From Candidatus Multivoradales bacterium (GTDB lineage Bacteria; Acidobacteriota; Thermoanaerobaculia; Multivoradales; Multivoraceae), in NCBI GenBank assembly GCA_965223325.1, contig CBDCWI010000002.1:3360001-3424000 (forward strand): a DNA stretch of 64,000 bases, in the 5' to 3' direction. Below the pieces are notes generated by a model. It saw only the letters and a program-made list of their open reading frames with translations, ran no database searches and was not told the origin of the DNA. Of this stretch, positions 48,248-58,836 are shown piece by piece; position 1 is the stretch's first letter, and every line of letters starts with the position of its first letter. Made by a program: the position numbers and the translations under genes.

Positions 48248-51200
48248 CTACCACGACTTCCAGTTGCGCTCCACGAAGCACACGGGAACTTCCGCCACGT
48301 ACTCGATGCCGGTGTCGGAGCGGTTGGCGCGCATCTCGATCGAGAGGTTGTTGAAGCGGCACATGTCGGGCATCAGGTCTTTCAGGGTGTTGCGGATGGA
48401 GTCGATGCGGGGCTGGTCGGCGGGCGAAGCTCCTTCGTCTCCCAGATCCTTGTCGGTGGGCGGACGGGTTGAGGTCGAACCGAAGGGTTGGGAAACGAAA
48501 CCGCTGATTGTTTTGAAGCGAGAGGTCGTGCCGAGGGCGTCGCCGTTGGTGATCAAGAGGGTGTAGACGTTGGAAACGCCAGCCCCCGAGCAGCTGTCGC
48601 CGCTGGCACCGGTCAAGTCTGGGATGAAGGTGTTGAAGAGCAGGAGACCTGAGATGGCGAAGGGTCTCGAGATCAGGCGTTCGTTCCCCGCCAGTTCGAT
48701 GACGTAGCCACCCCCAGTGAGCAGGTCGTCGCTGACATTGGGAGGGGCATTGGTGGCAAACCTGACCAGGTCGGTTTCTTTGGTGATCGGCGCGTTGACG
48801 TCGGTTGCCAGCTGGTCGGTGTCGGTGTTGGGTGGAGGCGGTGGTCCAGCGATCGGCCGCGAGAAGGTGTCGCGGAGGGCGATGAAGCGGCCGTGGATCT
48901 CCGAGCTCTTGAAGAGGTTCTCGCGGTTGCCGGTGCCGAAAGTCAACACGTAGCCACGTAGATCGCGCGCGTAGACGACGCCGGGGGGAATGTAGATCTC
49001 ACCCCCTTGGGTGTTGAAGATGGGGAAGGGGTCCCACGCCGGAGAAGTGACCTGCGGACCGGTCACCGAGGACTCGAGGAGCTGTGGGTTGGAAAGGTCG
49101 ACTTTGTACATGTAGCCCGCAACGGTCCCGACGTAGATCGTGTCGAGGTAGGTATCGAGATCGCTATCGACCGCCGCGGTGTCACTCGCTACGGCACCGA
49201 TGACCGGGCGCTTGTAGATCGCCCTGCCGGTCTCCATGTCCACCATGTAGATCCAGTTTCCGACCCGCGGATCGCCCGGATCGAGACCGCCACCGAAGAT
49301 CGCTACGTAGCGGGTCTCGAGCGTTTCCGGGCCACCAGGGTTGGCGACCTTGACTCGGATGCGGCCAGTAGTTGGCTTGGACCAGGTAAGGCCCAGGTCG
49401 CGACCGCCGTTGCCGTCATCGTCACGAGCGGTGCCAGCACCATCGAGATCCAGGAACTCCCAAAGCATGCGGGGGTACTCGAGGGCACCGCAGTCGCTCT
49501 CGGTGTAGGAGGTCATGCAGCTGGGGACGTACGACGAGGTCGCCTCCGGCACCAGGAGATCGGGAGTGATCGTCGAATCGACGAGCTTGTCGGGCTGGGT
49601 GAGGTCGAGGGCGTAGTAGCCGCTGCCGCCCTCGCGCTGACCACCGACCGCGACGGTACGCCACTCGCGATCGTCGGGGTCAGGAGTGCCGGCGTGCCGA
49701 GGATCGATGAAGAAGTCGTCGACGACTGGGGTGCCGTCGATTCCGAGTTCATGGACCTTCGACTGGGCAGCCCGCCGCACCCGCGGCAGGGTCATGCGCG
49801 GTATGTAGGAGAAGATCTCCTGACCTGACCCGTTCAAGAAGGGCGTCCGGTACGGCGGCGCGCCGGCTGGGGCCTCTTCCTCCGAGAAGGTCCCGGCGTC
49901 CAGGCCATGCAGCTGCCCGTCACTGGAGGGAACCAGGAGGATGCGGCGGCGAGTCCGGTGCCTCTCGAAGAAGTCGGAGTAGTTGTCTGCGTCGTCACCG
50001 TCGACCGCCTGCTTGAGATAGAGCGTGTTCGAGGGGCCGCCGACGAGCGTCGCCTCGGCATGTAGAGACTCGCCGAGAATGTACTTGCCGATGAAGGCGT
50101 TGGGTGACGTCTTTTCGATGAGGGTTCGGACCACGACGTCGAGGAGATCCTCATCTGCGGAGGCATCGGAGGGCTCCAGGCCCAGCCCGAGCATCAGGTC
50201 GCTGCGCGCAGGCTCGTCGGCGGTCGGCACGAACAAGCGTGCCGGCAGACCGATCTGGGTTGAGGTCGACGGCTGCACGCCGTAGAGGATCCGCCGTTCG
50301 CCGGGATCGGGGCCAACGCGAAAGTCGCCATCAGCGACCTCTCCGAGGCTGGGCACCTGATCGTGCGAACCCGAGTCCAAGCCGAGAATCGAAGTGTTGG
50401 CTTCCCACGCAAGGCAGAAGAGCTCATTGCGATCGTCGCAGCGATCCGTGCTGAGCGGGTCGACCAACGCACTGAAGTTGCTCGACAGGGGACGGATGAA
50501 GTGACTCACCCGGCCGTGCCAGGTCGAAGACTTCTCGAGCGGATAGAAGTTCGTGAAGAACGCCGAGAAGGGGGTGAAGGACTTGGCCGACGGGACGCCG
50601 CCGGCGGTGAAGGTCGCTGCACTGGTCTGCTCGCCGGTTGCGCCGACCAACTGCTTGAGGATCGCAACCAGTTCGTCACGATCTTCAGCCAACGGTGGAC
50701 CGTTCTCTGCGCAGTCGTACACACCGTTGCCATCATCATCTTCGGTGAAGTAGTTGGCACACTCAGGGAGCCCGTCGCCGTCGAGATCGGTGGCACCGGT
50801 GCCGCCCTCGTCGGCGATGTCGTCGAGCTTTCCGGAGAGGCCTTCTCCGAAGCCGATCACGAAGGTGCGCACACCTTTTTCATAGAGAGCCCTCGCCGCG
50901 TCACCGGGCTCGCCGTGACAGCTCTCCTTCCCGTCGGTCAACAGGATGACGAAGCGCTGCCGGCAATCGTAGTTCGGGTCGCCACCCTGAGCGGCGGGCC
51001 GGTCGGCCAGAGTCTTCCAATCATCGAACCACTCACCGAAGTCTTCGAGCGCACCAGCCAGCGGCGTGCCGCTGCCATAGGCGATCGGAGGATGGTCCTG
51101 AAACTGCGCCTTCAGTGGCACCTTGTAGTTGTCGATCAGGGGCGCGGTGTGGTCGAAGTAGCGCGCCACCCGGAAATCGGGAATCGGGTGACCGTCAGCG

Positions 51201-52399
51201 TCCTCGACGAACTCGTCGTCGACGACGGTGTTCGGGGCCAGGCGCGCCAGGATCTCTTCGGCCGCGGTGCGCTTGAAGCCATCGGGGGGCGGAATCTTGA
51301 CGCCGTCGGCGTCGTAGCGGTTGTCGTAGTCAATCCAGTCCCACGGAATCATGTCGCCGCGGGCGAACGCCGAACCGCGATTGAGCGGGTCGTTGTAGCG
51401 CGGGTAGGAAAGATCGGAGCTGGGCAGGTTGACCGGGTCAGTGGCGTCCCACCGGCGGTCGCTGTGGCAAGCACTGAGGGCGCTCCGGTCGGTGATCTGG
51501 TCGCCGAAGTCGGGCCAGTCATCGTCGAACAGCTTGACGATCGAGGCACTCGGCAGCTGCAGGGTGCCACCGTTACCGTCTGGGATTCGAAAGCCGGGGA
51601 TCGGCTCGCCGTCGCTGTCGGAGTCGGTGAAGTAGGGCTCGAGCACCAGGTCCTCGGTGTAGAAGGCACTGCCATCACACCGCACGACCGTGAAGGGGAC
51701 CGTGATCTTTCCGTCGCTCGAGGTATCACCGATCGCTCCCGTCACCGGGGCCCCGATGGTGATCTGCCAATCGTTCCCGTTCAACTCAACGAACAAGTTG
51801 GTCTGGGCGCTGAAGGTCTGGCCGAGCTTGGGGAACATGTTGAGACGCGCAATGCGCTTGGCGACATCGCTGGTGTCCTCGGGGCTCGAACAACTCTTGT
51901 AGTTGTTGTCCCCACCATCAACGTCGTCGGGATCGCCAAACATGAGCGGCTGTCCGGCGATCGGCCAACCCATTTCGCCGAACCAGGCCGGATCGGGCGA
52001 GCCGATAGGCCGGGTGTAGGCGAAGTGAAGGCGCTTGACGAAGAGGTTCTCGTAGTTGAAATGCGCCCAACCGAAGATCGCTTTCTGTTGAAGCTCGGTG
52101 TCGCCAACGACTTCGTAGAGGGCCGACTTCGCGAGGTAGAGCCTGGACTGCGGATCGTCACCGCTGGCGACGGTGGCGTCGCCGGTGGTCAGGTCGGTCA
52201 TCGAGGACGAGGTGTCGATGATGGTGAAAACGTAGGGGCGGCTGTTGCGGCTGCGCAGCAGGTCGCGGTCGTCGGCAAGCGATGCTGTCGGCAGACTCAG
52301 CAGAATGACGACGCTCGCCAGGCTGCCTACCAGGCCAAGCCGGTTGGGCGACACCTTTCTAGAAGTCGCCGTTCTAGAAGACACGGTTCTCGAAGACAT
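48248..52399 (-). CDS. pilY1: PilY1/PilC-like type IV pilus tip adhesin (vWA + beta-propeller), paralog 1
   Basis: Signal peptide; MIDAS IIDTSSS...TPLAG...LLTDG; propeller motifs DGQLHGLDAG, GIDGTP, REWRTV, YYALDLTQP, LGLTWSKP, FGTG; Ca-loop DSDLDTYLD. Confidence 0.88.
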   Translation of the reverse strand: MSSRTVSSRTATSRKVSPNRLGLVGSLASVVILLSLPTASLADDRDLLRSRNSRPYVFTIIDTSSSMTDLTTGDATVASGDDPQSRLYLAKSALYEVVGDTELQQKAIFGWAHFNYENLFVKRLHFAYTRPIGSPDPAWFGEMGWPIAGQPLMFGDPDDVDGGDNNYKSCSSPEDTSDVAKRIARLNMFPKLGQTFSAQTNLFVELNGNDWQITIGAPVTGAIGDTSSDGKITVPFTVVRCDGSAFYTEDLVLEPYFTDSDSDGEPIPGFRIPDGNGGTLQLPSASIVKLFDDDWPDFGDQITDRSALSACHSDRRWDATDPVNLPSSDLSYPRYNDPLNRGSAFARGDMIPWDWIDYDNRYDADGVKIPPPDGFKRTAAEEILARLAPNTVVDDEFVEDADGHPIPDFRVARYFDHTAPLIDNYKVPLKAQFQDHPPIAYGSGTPLAGALEDFGEWFDDWKTLADRPAAQGGDPNYDCRQRFVILLTDGKESCHGEPGDAARALYEKGVRTFVIGFGEGLSGKLDDIADEGGTGATDLDGDGLPECANYFTEDDDGNGVYDCAENGPPLAEDRDELVAILKQLVGATGEQTSAATFTAGGVPSAKSFTPFSAFFTNFYPLEKSSTWHGRVSHFIRPLSSNFSALVDPLSTDRCDDRNELFCLAWEANTSILGLDSGSHDQVPSLGEVADGDFRVGPDPGERRILYGVQPSTSTQIGLPARLFVPTADEPARSDLMLGLGLEPSDASADEDLLDVVVRTLIEKTSPNAFIGKYILGESLHAEATLVGGPSNTLYLKQAVDGDDADNYSDFFERHRTRRRILLVPSSDGQLHGLDAGTFSEEEAPAGAPPYRTPFLNGSGQEIFSYIPRMTLPRVRRAAQSKVHELGIDGTPVVDDFFIDPRHAGTPDPDDREWRTVAVGGQREGGSGYYALDLTQPDKLVDSTITPDLLVPEATSSYVPSCMTSYTESDCGALEYPRMLWEFLDLDGAGTARDDDGNGGRDLGLTWSKPTTGRIRVKVANPGGPETLETRYVAIFGGGLDPGDPRVGNWIYMVDMETGRAIYKRPVIGAVASDTAAVDSDLDTYLDTIYVGTVAGYMYKVDLSNPQLLESSVTGPQVTSPAWDPFPIFNTQGGEIYIPPGVVYARDLRGYVLTFGTGNRENLFKSSEIHGRFIALRDTFSRPIAGPPPPPNTDTDQLATDVNAPITKETDLVRFATNAPPNVSDDLLTGGGYVIELAGNERLISRPFAISGLLLFNTFIPDLTGASGDSCSGAGVSNVYTLLITNGDALGTTSRFKTISGFVSQPFGSTSTRPPTDKDLGDEGASPADQPRIDSIRNTLKDLMPDMCRFNNLSIEMRANRSDTGIEYVAEVPVCFVERNWKSW

Positions 52400-52520
52400 T
52401 GTGAAGACCTTTGGGAAGTACGCCGGACCCGATCACCGGGGAGTAACGGGGGCCCGAGCAAAAACAGCGCCTTTCTTAGCACTGAACAGACGAATAGAGC
52501 ATCCAGGCAACCTTCAGATG

Positions 52521-52536
52521 AGCAATCGATATGCCA
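52521..52536 (-). promoter_or_regulatory. putative sigma54 (-24/-12) promoter of pilY1 paralog 1
   Basis: Minus strand TGGCATATCGATTGCT: TGGCA..TTGC with exact GG-N10-GC spacing. Confidence 0.7.
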
Positions 52537-52651
52537 ATGCGCAAATACGGCGCTGAAAGCGGCCGCCCGTGCCTGGGAGCTCGCGCCGCTGCGGCCCCTT
52601 CGACCCGGGCGCTCTGGATCAGATTGTTACCGTTGGTAGCGCGAACGCCGA

Positions 52652-53260
52652 CTAGAGGTCGCGGACCTTCTGGTAACTGGGGATGGCCTGCAGCCGCTCC
52701 CAGTAGCGCACGGTGTTGTCTTTGAACTCGTCGATGCCCAACGACTGGGCCAGGTGGAGTCCGTACCCAACGCAGATATCGGCGATGGTAAAGCGCTCGC
52801 AGCACAGGAATTCGCGATCGGCGGTGGCATTCTCGACCGCACGCAGGCGGCCCCAGAACCACTTCTTGTAGTCCTCTGCCACTTGCGGCGAGCGCCTTTC
52901 CTCCGGCTCGAGGCGGGTGTAGCGCAGGTACAGGGTCTGAGGAAAGGTGAGGGTCGCATCGCTGTAGTACAGCCAGTTCAGATAAGCCCCATACTCGGCG
53001 TCCTCGATAGGCACCGACAACGACGTGGGGCCGTAGCGCTCGACCAGGTAGTGGCAAATCCCTGACGACTCGGTCATTCGGGTTTCGCCGTCCACCAGGT
53101 ACGGAATGGTGCCGAGAGGGTTGAGGCCCAGGAAGTCCTTCTTGAACACTCGCGGCGGAAAGGGCAGCGTTTCGAGCTGATAGTTGAGCCCCATCTCCTC
53201 GAGACACCAGACGGCGCGCAGAGAACGAGCGCCCTTGCAATGGTAGAGAGTCATCGTCAA
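52652..53260 (-). CDS. glutathione S-transferase family protein
   Basis: LYHCKGARS, NPLGTIP.LVDG, ESSGICHYL, FTIADI. Confidence 0.92.
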   Translation of the reverse strand: MTMTLYHCKGARSLRAVWCLEEMGLNYQLETLPFPPRVFKKDFLGLNPLGTIPYLVDGETRMTESSGICHYLVERYGPTSLSVPIEDAEYGAYLNWLYYSDATLTFPQTLYLRYTRLEPEERRSPQVAEDYKKWFWGRLRAVENATADREFLCCERFTIADICVGYGLHLAQSLGIDEFKDNTVRYWERLQAIPSYQKVRDL

Positions 53261-53274
53261 CGTCGTCTCCTCCT

Positions 53275-55047
53275 TTAGCCCGGTGGACTCTCGGTGAGCA
53301 ACTCGAGGGGAACCTCGACTGTTCTTCCGCGGAGCTCTTCTCCGACCATCTTGGCCTGCGGGTCAGGGCGAAGAGAAGCCGAAACGCCTTCCCCGAGCAG
53401 CCCCTTGATGACGAAGTTGATCGACAGGATGTTGGGCAGCAGGTGACGTTCGATCTCGAGGTCCTGGGCTTCCGGGTAGAGCTCGCGCAGGCTTTCGGCG
53501 GTCAGAAGATCGGCCATCCACAAATAGGCCGCTTCGGATCGAGCGAAGAAGCCGACATTGGCATTCCCTCCCTTGTCACCGGAGCGCGCACCCAAGACAT
53601 CGCCAAGGCGGGCCGACCTGGTCGCACCCGTCGGCACCGAACCCGACGGGGGACTGGCTGGCGGGATCGACTCGAAGGAGTCTGAGGGAATGGACATCGA
53701 CGCGGTTTGCTGAACCGCAATGATCTCGTCGCCCAGGTGCACGCACTCGTTGACCTGATCGGCTGAGACCAGGCATGGCCAGTACACAGTCACAGCCAGG
53801 GGCGCACGACTCGAGTTGACGGTCTGGAAGCCGGGGTAGTTGCCCAAGGCCATCTCGATCGAAGCGTTCCAGTACTTGCGGCCGACCTTCTGTTCGTCGG
53901 GGTCGCGGGCTGCAATCGTGAAGAGAGCGAAGGCATCGTTGTCGTCATAGCTGCCGCGCCGAAGCGTCGTACGGGTTTCCTGAAACTGCTCGCGCCCGCC
54001 GACGTGTTCCCAGAACGACTCCTCGACAGCAGCGGCCTTCTCTTCGGTGTCGAGGCCTGGCAGAAGATAGGTCGTGCTGTTCTTGAACCCACCGAGATAG
54101 TTCATGCACACTTTGATGGACGTCGGTGCCGGCTCGCCCTTGACTCCATGAACCCGCACCCGGTTCTCGCCTTCCTGCTCGAGTCGGATGGTGTCGAAAC
54201 GAACCACCACGTCGGGGTTCATGTAGCGCGTTCCCTGGATCTCGTAGAGCAACTGCGCGGTGACCGATCCAATCGACACCTCACCATCGGTTCCCTCGTG
54301 TTTGGTGACGACGAAGGATCCATCTGGGTGCATTTCGGCGATCGGAAACCCGGGTCGTTTGAGCGAACCAACCTCTTTGAAGAAGGAATAGTTGCCACCA
54401 CAAGCCTGGGCGCCGCACTCGACGATGTGACCCGCAACAACGGCACCTGCCAGCTGGTCCCAGTCGTCACGCGCCCAGCCGAACTTCCATGCCGCCGGGC
54501 CGACGACAACCGAGGCATCGGTCACCCGCGGACAAACCACCAGGTCAGCACCGCGACTGAGCGCCTCGACAATTCCCCAGCCACCGAGATACGCATTGGC
54601 CGACAAAACGTCGGACTCCAGGTCGCGAAGGGGGATGCCGCGGTCGAGATGCTCGAGGGTCTCGCCCGAAGCCAGCAGGTCATCGAGCCGCGGCAGGAGA
54701 TCGTCACCGTCGATCCAGGCGACCGTCGCATCGAGACCGGCGGCTTCGTAGACGGCTCGGGACGCCTCGGCAAGACCGGACGGATTCAGGCCCCCCGCGT
54801 TGACGACGATCTTGATGTCGCGCTCAGTACAGTCACGAGCGACCTGCTGCAGTTGACGCAGGAAGGTGCGGGCATAGCCGCGCTCCTTGTCGCGCATCTT
54901 GTCCTTGAGAAGGATCAACATAGTGAGCTCAGCAAGATAGTCGCCGGTCAAACAATCGATCGGGCCACCCTCGACCATCTCGCGCGCAGCGCTCAGCCGA
55001 TCACCGTAGAAGCCACTGCAGTTGGCAATACGAAATCGCTCAGCCAT
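53275..55047 (-). CDS. atuA: acyclic terpene utilization AtuA family protein (DUF1446)
   Basis: RIANCSGFYGDR, GDYLAELTM, NAGGLNP, SANAYLGG, GHIVECG.QACGGN, ARSGDKG, DPQAK. Confidence 0.92.
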   Translation of the reverse strand: MAERFRIANCSGFYGDRLSAAREMVEGGPIDCLTGDYLAELTMLILLKDKMRDKERGYARTFLRQLQQVARDCTERDIKIVVNAGGLNPSGLAEASRAVYEAAGLDATVAWIDGDDLLPRLDDLLASGETLEHLDRGIPLRDLESDVLSANAYLGGWGIVEALSRGADLVVCPRVTDASVVVGPAAWKFGWARDDWDQLAGAVVAGHIVECGAQACGGNYSFFKEVGSLKRPGFPIAEMHPDGSFVVTKHEGTDGEVSIGSVTAQLLYEIQGTRYMNPDVVVRFDTIRLEQEGENRVRVHGVKGEPAPTSIKVCMNYLGGFKNSTTYLLPGLDTEEKAAAVEESFWEHVGGREQFQETRTTLRRGSYDDNDAFALFTIAARDPDEQKVGRKYWNASIEMALGNYPGFQTVNSSRAPLAVTVYWPCLVSADQVNECVHLGDEIIAVQQTASMSIPSDSFESIPPASPPSGSVPTGATRSARLGDVLGARSGDKGGNANVGFFARSEAAYLWMADLLTAESLRELYPEAQDLEIERHLLPNILSINFVIKGLLGEGVSASLRPDPQAKMVGEELRGRTVEVPLELLTESPPG

Positions 55048-57103
55048 CGAGAGAGCCCTCGGCAGAAGATACGTCGAGCACAACCAGCAACGCACCGTTG
55101 TCAACCTGGTCGTCTTCGGCGACACGCAGTTCGGTCACTTTGCCCGCAAATGGCGCGACGATTCGATGCTCCATTTTCATCGCCTCGAGAATGAGGAGCA
55201 GCTCTTGCGCTTCGACCGAGTCGCCCGCCTCGACATGAGTAGAGAGCACCTTGCCGGGCATGGGAGCGACCAGTCCACCCGCGGGTACCTCTGCCTCTCG
55301 CAGGGGGAATCGTGGGATTGCCACCAGCTCCACTTCGCCACGTTCACCGTGAATGAAGTAGCGAGCGGGCTGGGTTGGACTTCGATCGATCGTAAGCGTT
55401 GCAGACAAACGACGACGAAGCGATGAGCGCTCCAAAGACGACTCTGCGGTACCGAGCTCGATGCTCATGGCATCGGGAGTACCAACGCCGCGCTCGCGCA
55501 CCAGCGCGCACTGGAAAGGCCCGTCATCGACTTTCACCCGAAAACTGCCATCGCGGTTGATGCGGTAGCCAACCAGAAGCTCGCGCTCGCCGGCACGAAA
55601 CCGCTGTTCTTCGAGCGGCATGCGCGAGTTTCGCCAGCCACTCGGCACGCCGGGTGTGAGTATCCTGGCCCTTTGCCGATCCTCCTGGAGAGCAAGGGCG
55701 ACGAGAATCGCGGCCTCATCCACTGCCTCATCACCAGGAACGTGTCGTCCTGGGACCTGGACCCGATCGACGAAGTCGGTCGTCGTGTCTCCGGCGAGGA
55801 ACTCCTCACTGCGCAATGTCGCGGCGAGAAAGTCGCGATTGGTCACGATCCCTTGCACTCGCGTCGTCTCGAGCACGCGCGCCAACCGCAGGGCAGCTTC
55901 GCGCCGCGTCGGCGCGTGCACAATGACCTTGGCAAGCATCGGGTCGAACTCGATACCGACCTCGCTTCCGCTTTCGATGCCTGAGTCAAACCTGGCGCTG
56001 GCGCGGCGCGATGGTTCCCACACCAGGAGCTTGCCGGTGGCGGGAAGAAAGTCGTTGTCGGGATCTTCGGCATAGAGCCGGGCCTCGATGGCGTGACCGG
56101 TAATCGACAGGTCTTCCTGCGCGAAGGCCAGCACGGCACCTTCGGCGATACGAATCTGCTCGCGAACGAGGTCGAGGCCAGTGATCTCCTCGGTCACTGG
56201 GTGCTCGACCTGGAGGCGGGTGTTGACCTCGAGAAACCAGAAGTTGGCGTCGTCGCCCGAGCCCTCGAGAAGAAACTCAACCGTTCCGGCAGACGAGTAG
56301 CCAATCGCCCGGCCCGCGGCTACGGCGGCCTCACCCATACGCCGGCGCACCGCATCCGACACGGCAGGTGACGGTGCCTCCTCGATGACCTTCTGGTGCC
56401 GCCGTTGAATTGAGCACTCACGCTCGAAGCAATGCACGAGATTGCCGTGGAGGTCTCCGAGGAGCTGGATCTCGACGTGGCGGGCCTTCTTCAACCAGCG
56501 CTCGAGAAAGATCGTGTCGTCGCCGAATGAGGCGCCGGCTTCGCGTCGCGCTGCCTGGGCTGCTTCCTCGAGCTCGGTCTCGGAAGACACGACCCGCATG
56601 CCTTTGCCACCACCACCAGCCGAAGCTTTGACCAGGAGGGGGTAGCCGATCTCGCGAGCGGCTGCTAGAAGGTCGGTACCCTGGCCTATCTCGACCGACG
56701 GCAGGGTGGGGACATTGGCGTCTTCCATGCGCTTCTTGGCCGAGAGCTTGTCGCCCATGGTTTCGATCGCCTCCGGCCGGGGACCGATCCAGGAGAGCCC
56801 GGCGTCCTCTACCGCTCGCGCGAAGGACGCGTTTTCTGAGAGAAAGCCGTAGCCGGGATGAACTGCATCAGCTCCCGAGTAGGCGGCTGCGGCAAGGACC
56901 TTCTCTGGGTCGAGGTAGGTCTCACCCGACGTAACCCCAGAGAGCGACACTGCCTGGTCGGCCTCGCGAACGAACGGAGCATCGTGGTCGCCATCGGCGT
57001 AGACCGCCACCGTCTCGATACCCATGTCGTGCGCAGTGCGAGAAACGCGGCGCGCGATTTCGCCCCGGTTGGCCACCAGGAGTCGCTGGATCGTGCATGC
57101 CAT
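55040..57103 (-). CDS. acyl-CoA carboxylase alpha subunit (biotin carboxylase + BCCP; AtuF/LiuD-like)
   Basis: LVANRGEIA, HPGYGFLSEN, GGGGKGMR, RECSIQRRHQK, RLQVEHPVTE, EAMKME. Confidence 0.93.
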   Translation of the reverse strand: MACTIQRLLVANRGEIARRVSRTAHDMGIETVAVYADGDHDAPFVREADQAVSLSGVTSGETYLDPEKVLAAAAYSGADAVHPGYGFLSENASFARAVEDAGLSWIGPRPEAIETMGDKLSAKKRMEDANVPTLPSVEIGQGTDLLAAAREIGYPLLVKASAGGGGKGMRVVSSETELEEAAQAARREAGASFGDDTIFLERWLKKARHVEIQLLGDLHGNLVHCFERECSIQRRHQKVIEEAPSPAVSDAVRRRMGEAAVAAGRAIGYSSAGTVEFLLEGSGDDANFWFLEVNTRLQVEHPVTEEITGLDLVREQIRIAEGAVLAFAQEDLSITGHAIEARLYAEDPDNDFLPATGKLLVWEPSRRASARFDSGIESGSEVGIEFDPMLAKVIVHAPTRREAALRLARVLETTRVQGIVTNRDFLAATLRSEEFLAGDTTTDFVDRVQVPGRHVPGDEAVDEAAILVALALQEDRQRARILTPGVPSGWRNSRMPLEEQRFRAGERELLVGYRINRDGSFRVKVDDGPFQCALVRERGVGTPDAMSIELGTAESSLERSSLRRRLSATLTIDRSPTQPARYFIHGERGEVELVAIPRFPLREAEVPAGGLVAPMPGKVLSTHVEAGDSVEAQELLLILEAMKMEHRIVAPFAGKVTELRVAEDDQVDNGALLVVLDVSSAEGSLDG

Positions 57104-57122
57104 CTCGTTGGTGCGCTGGGGA

Positions 57123-58754
57123 CTACATCCGGAAAACGGCGTAGCCCTTGGCTCCTTCGATCTTGTTGCTGTGACAGGCCGAAAGCGCGATGGCCAGAGA
57201 CGTGCGCGTGTCGCGCGGATCAATCAGGCCGTCGTCGGAAACTCTTGCCGTCGCATAGAGGGCGAGGGATCTCCGGTGAGCCCAGTACTCAACCTGCTCG
57301 GCGCGCTTCTTGTCGGCTTCTTCGTCGAACTCGAGTCCGCGACGCGCCGCCGCCGCCCGCCCGACGATCGACATCACGCCCGCCATCTGTTTGCCGCCCA
57401 TCACCGCGATCTTGGCGGTTGGCCACAGGAAGGTGAAGCGCGTTCCGAAGGCGCGACCGCTCATACCGTAGTTGCCAGCGCCGTAGGAGGCTCCCACGAT
57501 GACAGTGAAATGCGGCACGGTCGAGTTCGACACCGCGTTGATCATCTTCGACCCGTTCTTGGTGATCCCTCCCTGCTCGAAGTCGGTACCGACGATGTAG
57601 CCGGTGATGTTGTGGAGGAACAAGAGCGGCACGTCGATCTGGTTGCACAACTGGATGAACTGCGTCGCCTTCTCAGCTGACTGCGACATGAGGGCGCCAT
57701 TGTTACCGAGGATGCCGATCGGAAACCCGTGAATCGACGACCAGCCACAGACCAGGGTGGTGCCATATGTCGCCTTGAACTCCTCGAACCGCGAGCCATC
57801 GACGATGCGCGCAATGACCTCGCGGATATCGAGCGGGGAGCGTAGGTCGCGCGACACGAGACCCAGAAGCTCGTCGCTGCTATAGAGGGGCTCGTCGGCT
57901 GGAAGACTAGGCCCTGGACCCAGCTTTCGCCAGTTGAGGTGGCTCATCACGTCGCGCAGAATGCGGATGCCATCGACCTCGTCTTCCGCCAGGTAGTCAC
58001 CCAGTCCCGAAGTCGCACAGTGCATCTCGGCGCCCGCGAGACTCTCTGGTTCGGCGTTCTCGCCGGTCGCCATCTTGACCAGCGGCGGGCCTCCCAGCGC
58101 GACGAGGGACTGGTTCTTGATGAAGATGTTGTAGTCGCTCATGCCGGGCTGGTAGGCACCACCCGCGGTTGAGGCACCGAAGACCACCGACACGGTTGGA
58201 ATGCGCATCTGCGAGAGCTCGGAGATCTCGTAGAACAGACGCCCCGACTCGGCGAAGTGACCAACCGTGCGACGGAGCGCCGCTTCGGGGTCCTCACCCG
58301 CGTCGCCGCGCAGATCGGCTCCAGCGGACTCCACGAACTGAACGTAGGGCAGACGGTTGATGCGAGCGATCTCGAGACCGCGCATCAACTTCTTGGCGTT
58401 GAAGTCGTTGAAGGCACCGGCGCGCACCGAGGGGTCGTGACCGAGGATCAGGCACTCGACGCCCGAAATCTGGCCGATGCCAACGATGAACCCGGAGCCG
58501 ACGGCGAAGTTCGAGCCCCAGGCCGCCAGCGGGCTGATCTCCAGGAAAGGGCTGTCGCGATCGAGTGCCAGCGATACCCGGCGACGAATCGGCATTTTCC
58601 CGCGTTTGGCGAGGCGCGCCATGGCCTCGGGCCCGCCGCCTTCCTCCACCTCTCGATGCAGGCCCTCGAGTACCTCCAGCTGCTCGAGCATGTCGCTCTT
58701 GTTCTCGAGGAATGTTTCGGACCTCACGTCGAGGTTCGAGACCAGGGGCTGCAT
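57123..58754 (-). CDS. acyl-CoA carboxylase beta subunit (carboxyltransferase; AtuC/LiuB-like)
   Basis: VESAGADL, TAGGAY.PGMSD, GGPPLVKMATGE, SYGAGNYGM, DDGLIDPRDTR. Confidence 0.93.
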   Translation of the reverse strand: MQPLVSNLDVRSETFLENKSDMLEQLEVLEGLHREVEEGGGPEAMARLAKRGKMPIRRRVSLALDRDSPFLEISPLAAWGSNFAVGSGFIVGIGQISGVECLILGHDPSVRAGAFNDFNAKKLMRGLEIARINRLPYVQFVESAGADLRGDAGEDPEAALRRTVGHFAESGRLFYEISELSQMRIPTVSVVFGASTAGGAYQPGMSDYNIFIKNQSLVALGGPPLVKMATGENAEPESLAGAEMHCATSGLGDYLAEDEVDGIRILRDVMSHLNWRKLGPGPSLPADEPLYSSDELLGLVSRDLRSPLDIREVIARIVDGSRFEEFKATYGTTLVCGWSSIHGFPIGILGNNGALMSQSAEKATQFIQLCNQIDVPLLFLHNITGYIVGTDFEQGGITKNGSKMINAVSNSTVPHFTVIVGASYGAGNYGMSGRAFGTRFTFLWPTAKIAVMGGKQMAGVMSIVGRAAAARRGLEFDEEADKKRAEQVEYWAHRRSLALYATARVSDDGLIDPRDTRTSLAIALSACHSNKIEGAKGYAVFRM

Positions 58755-58836
58755 GCGGTTGCCTCGCCGAGGGTCAGATCGAGCCTTGCAAGCCACGCAT
58801 GCTCGCAGGCGGGAAAGTGGGTGGTGGAGCACCGCC

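Noticed and set aside
47486-48566. Repetitive ORFs across the array
   Set aside because: The 93-bp period is a multiple of 3 and GC-rich, so several frames on both strands stay open. There is no RBS or protein-like composition, and the 92- and 80-bp units shift frames.
50363-52639. 758-aa plus-strand ORF, and similar long antisense ORFs (62098..63804, 1835..3151, 40062..41465, 29740..31164)
   Set aside because: These are shadow frames opposite well-supported genes, as expected at high GC3.
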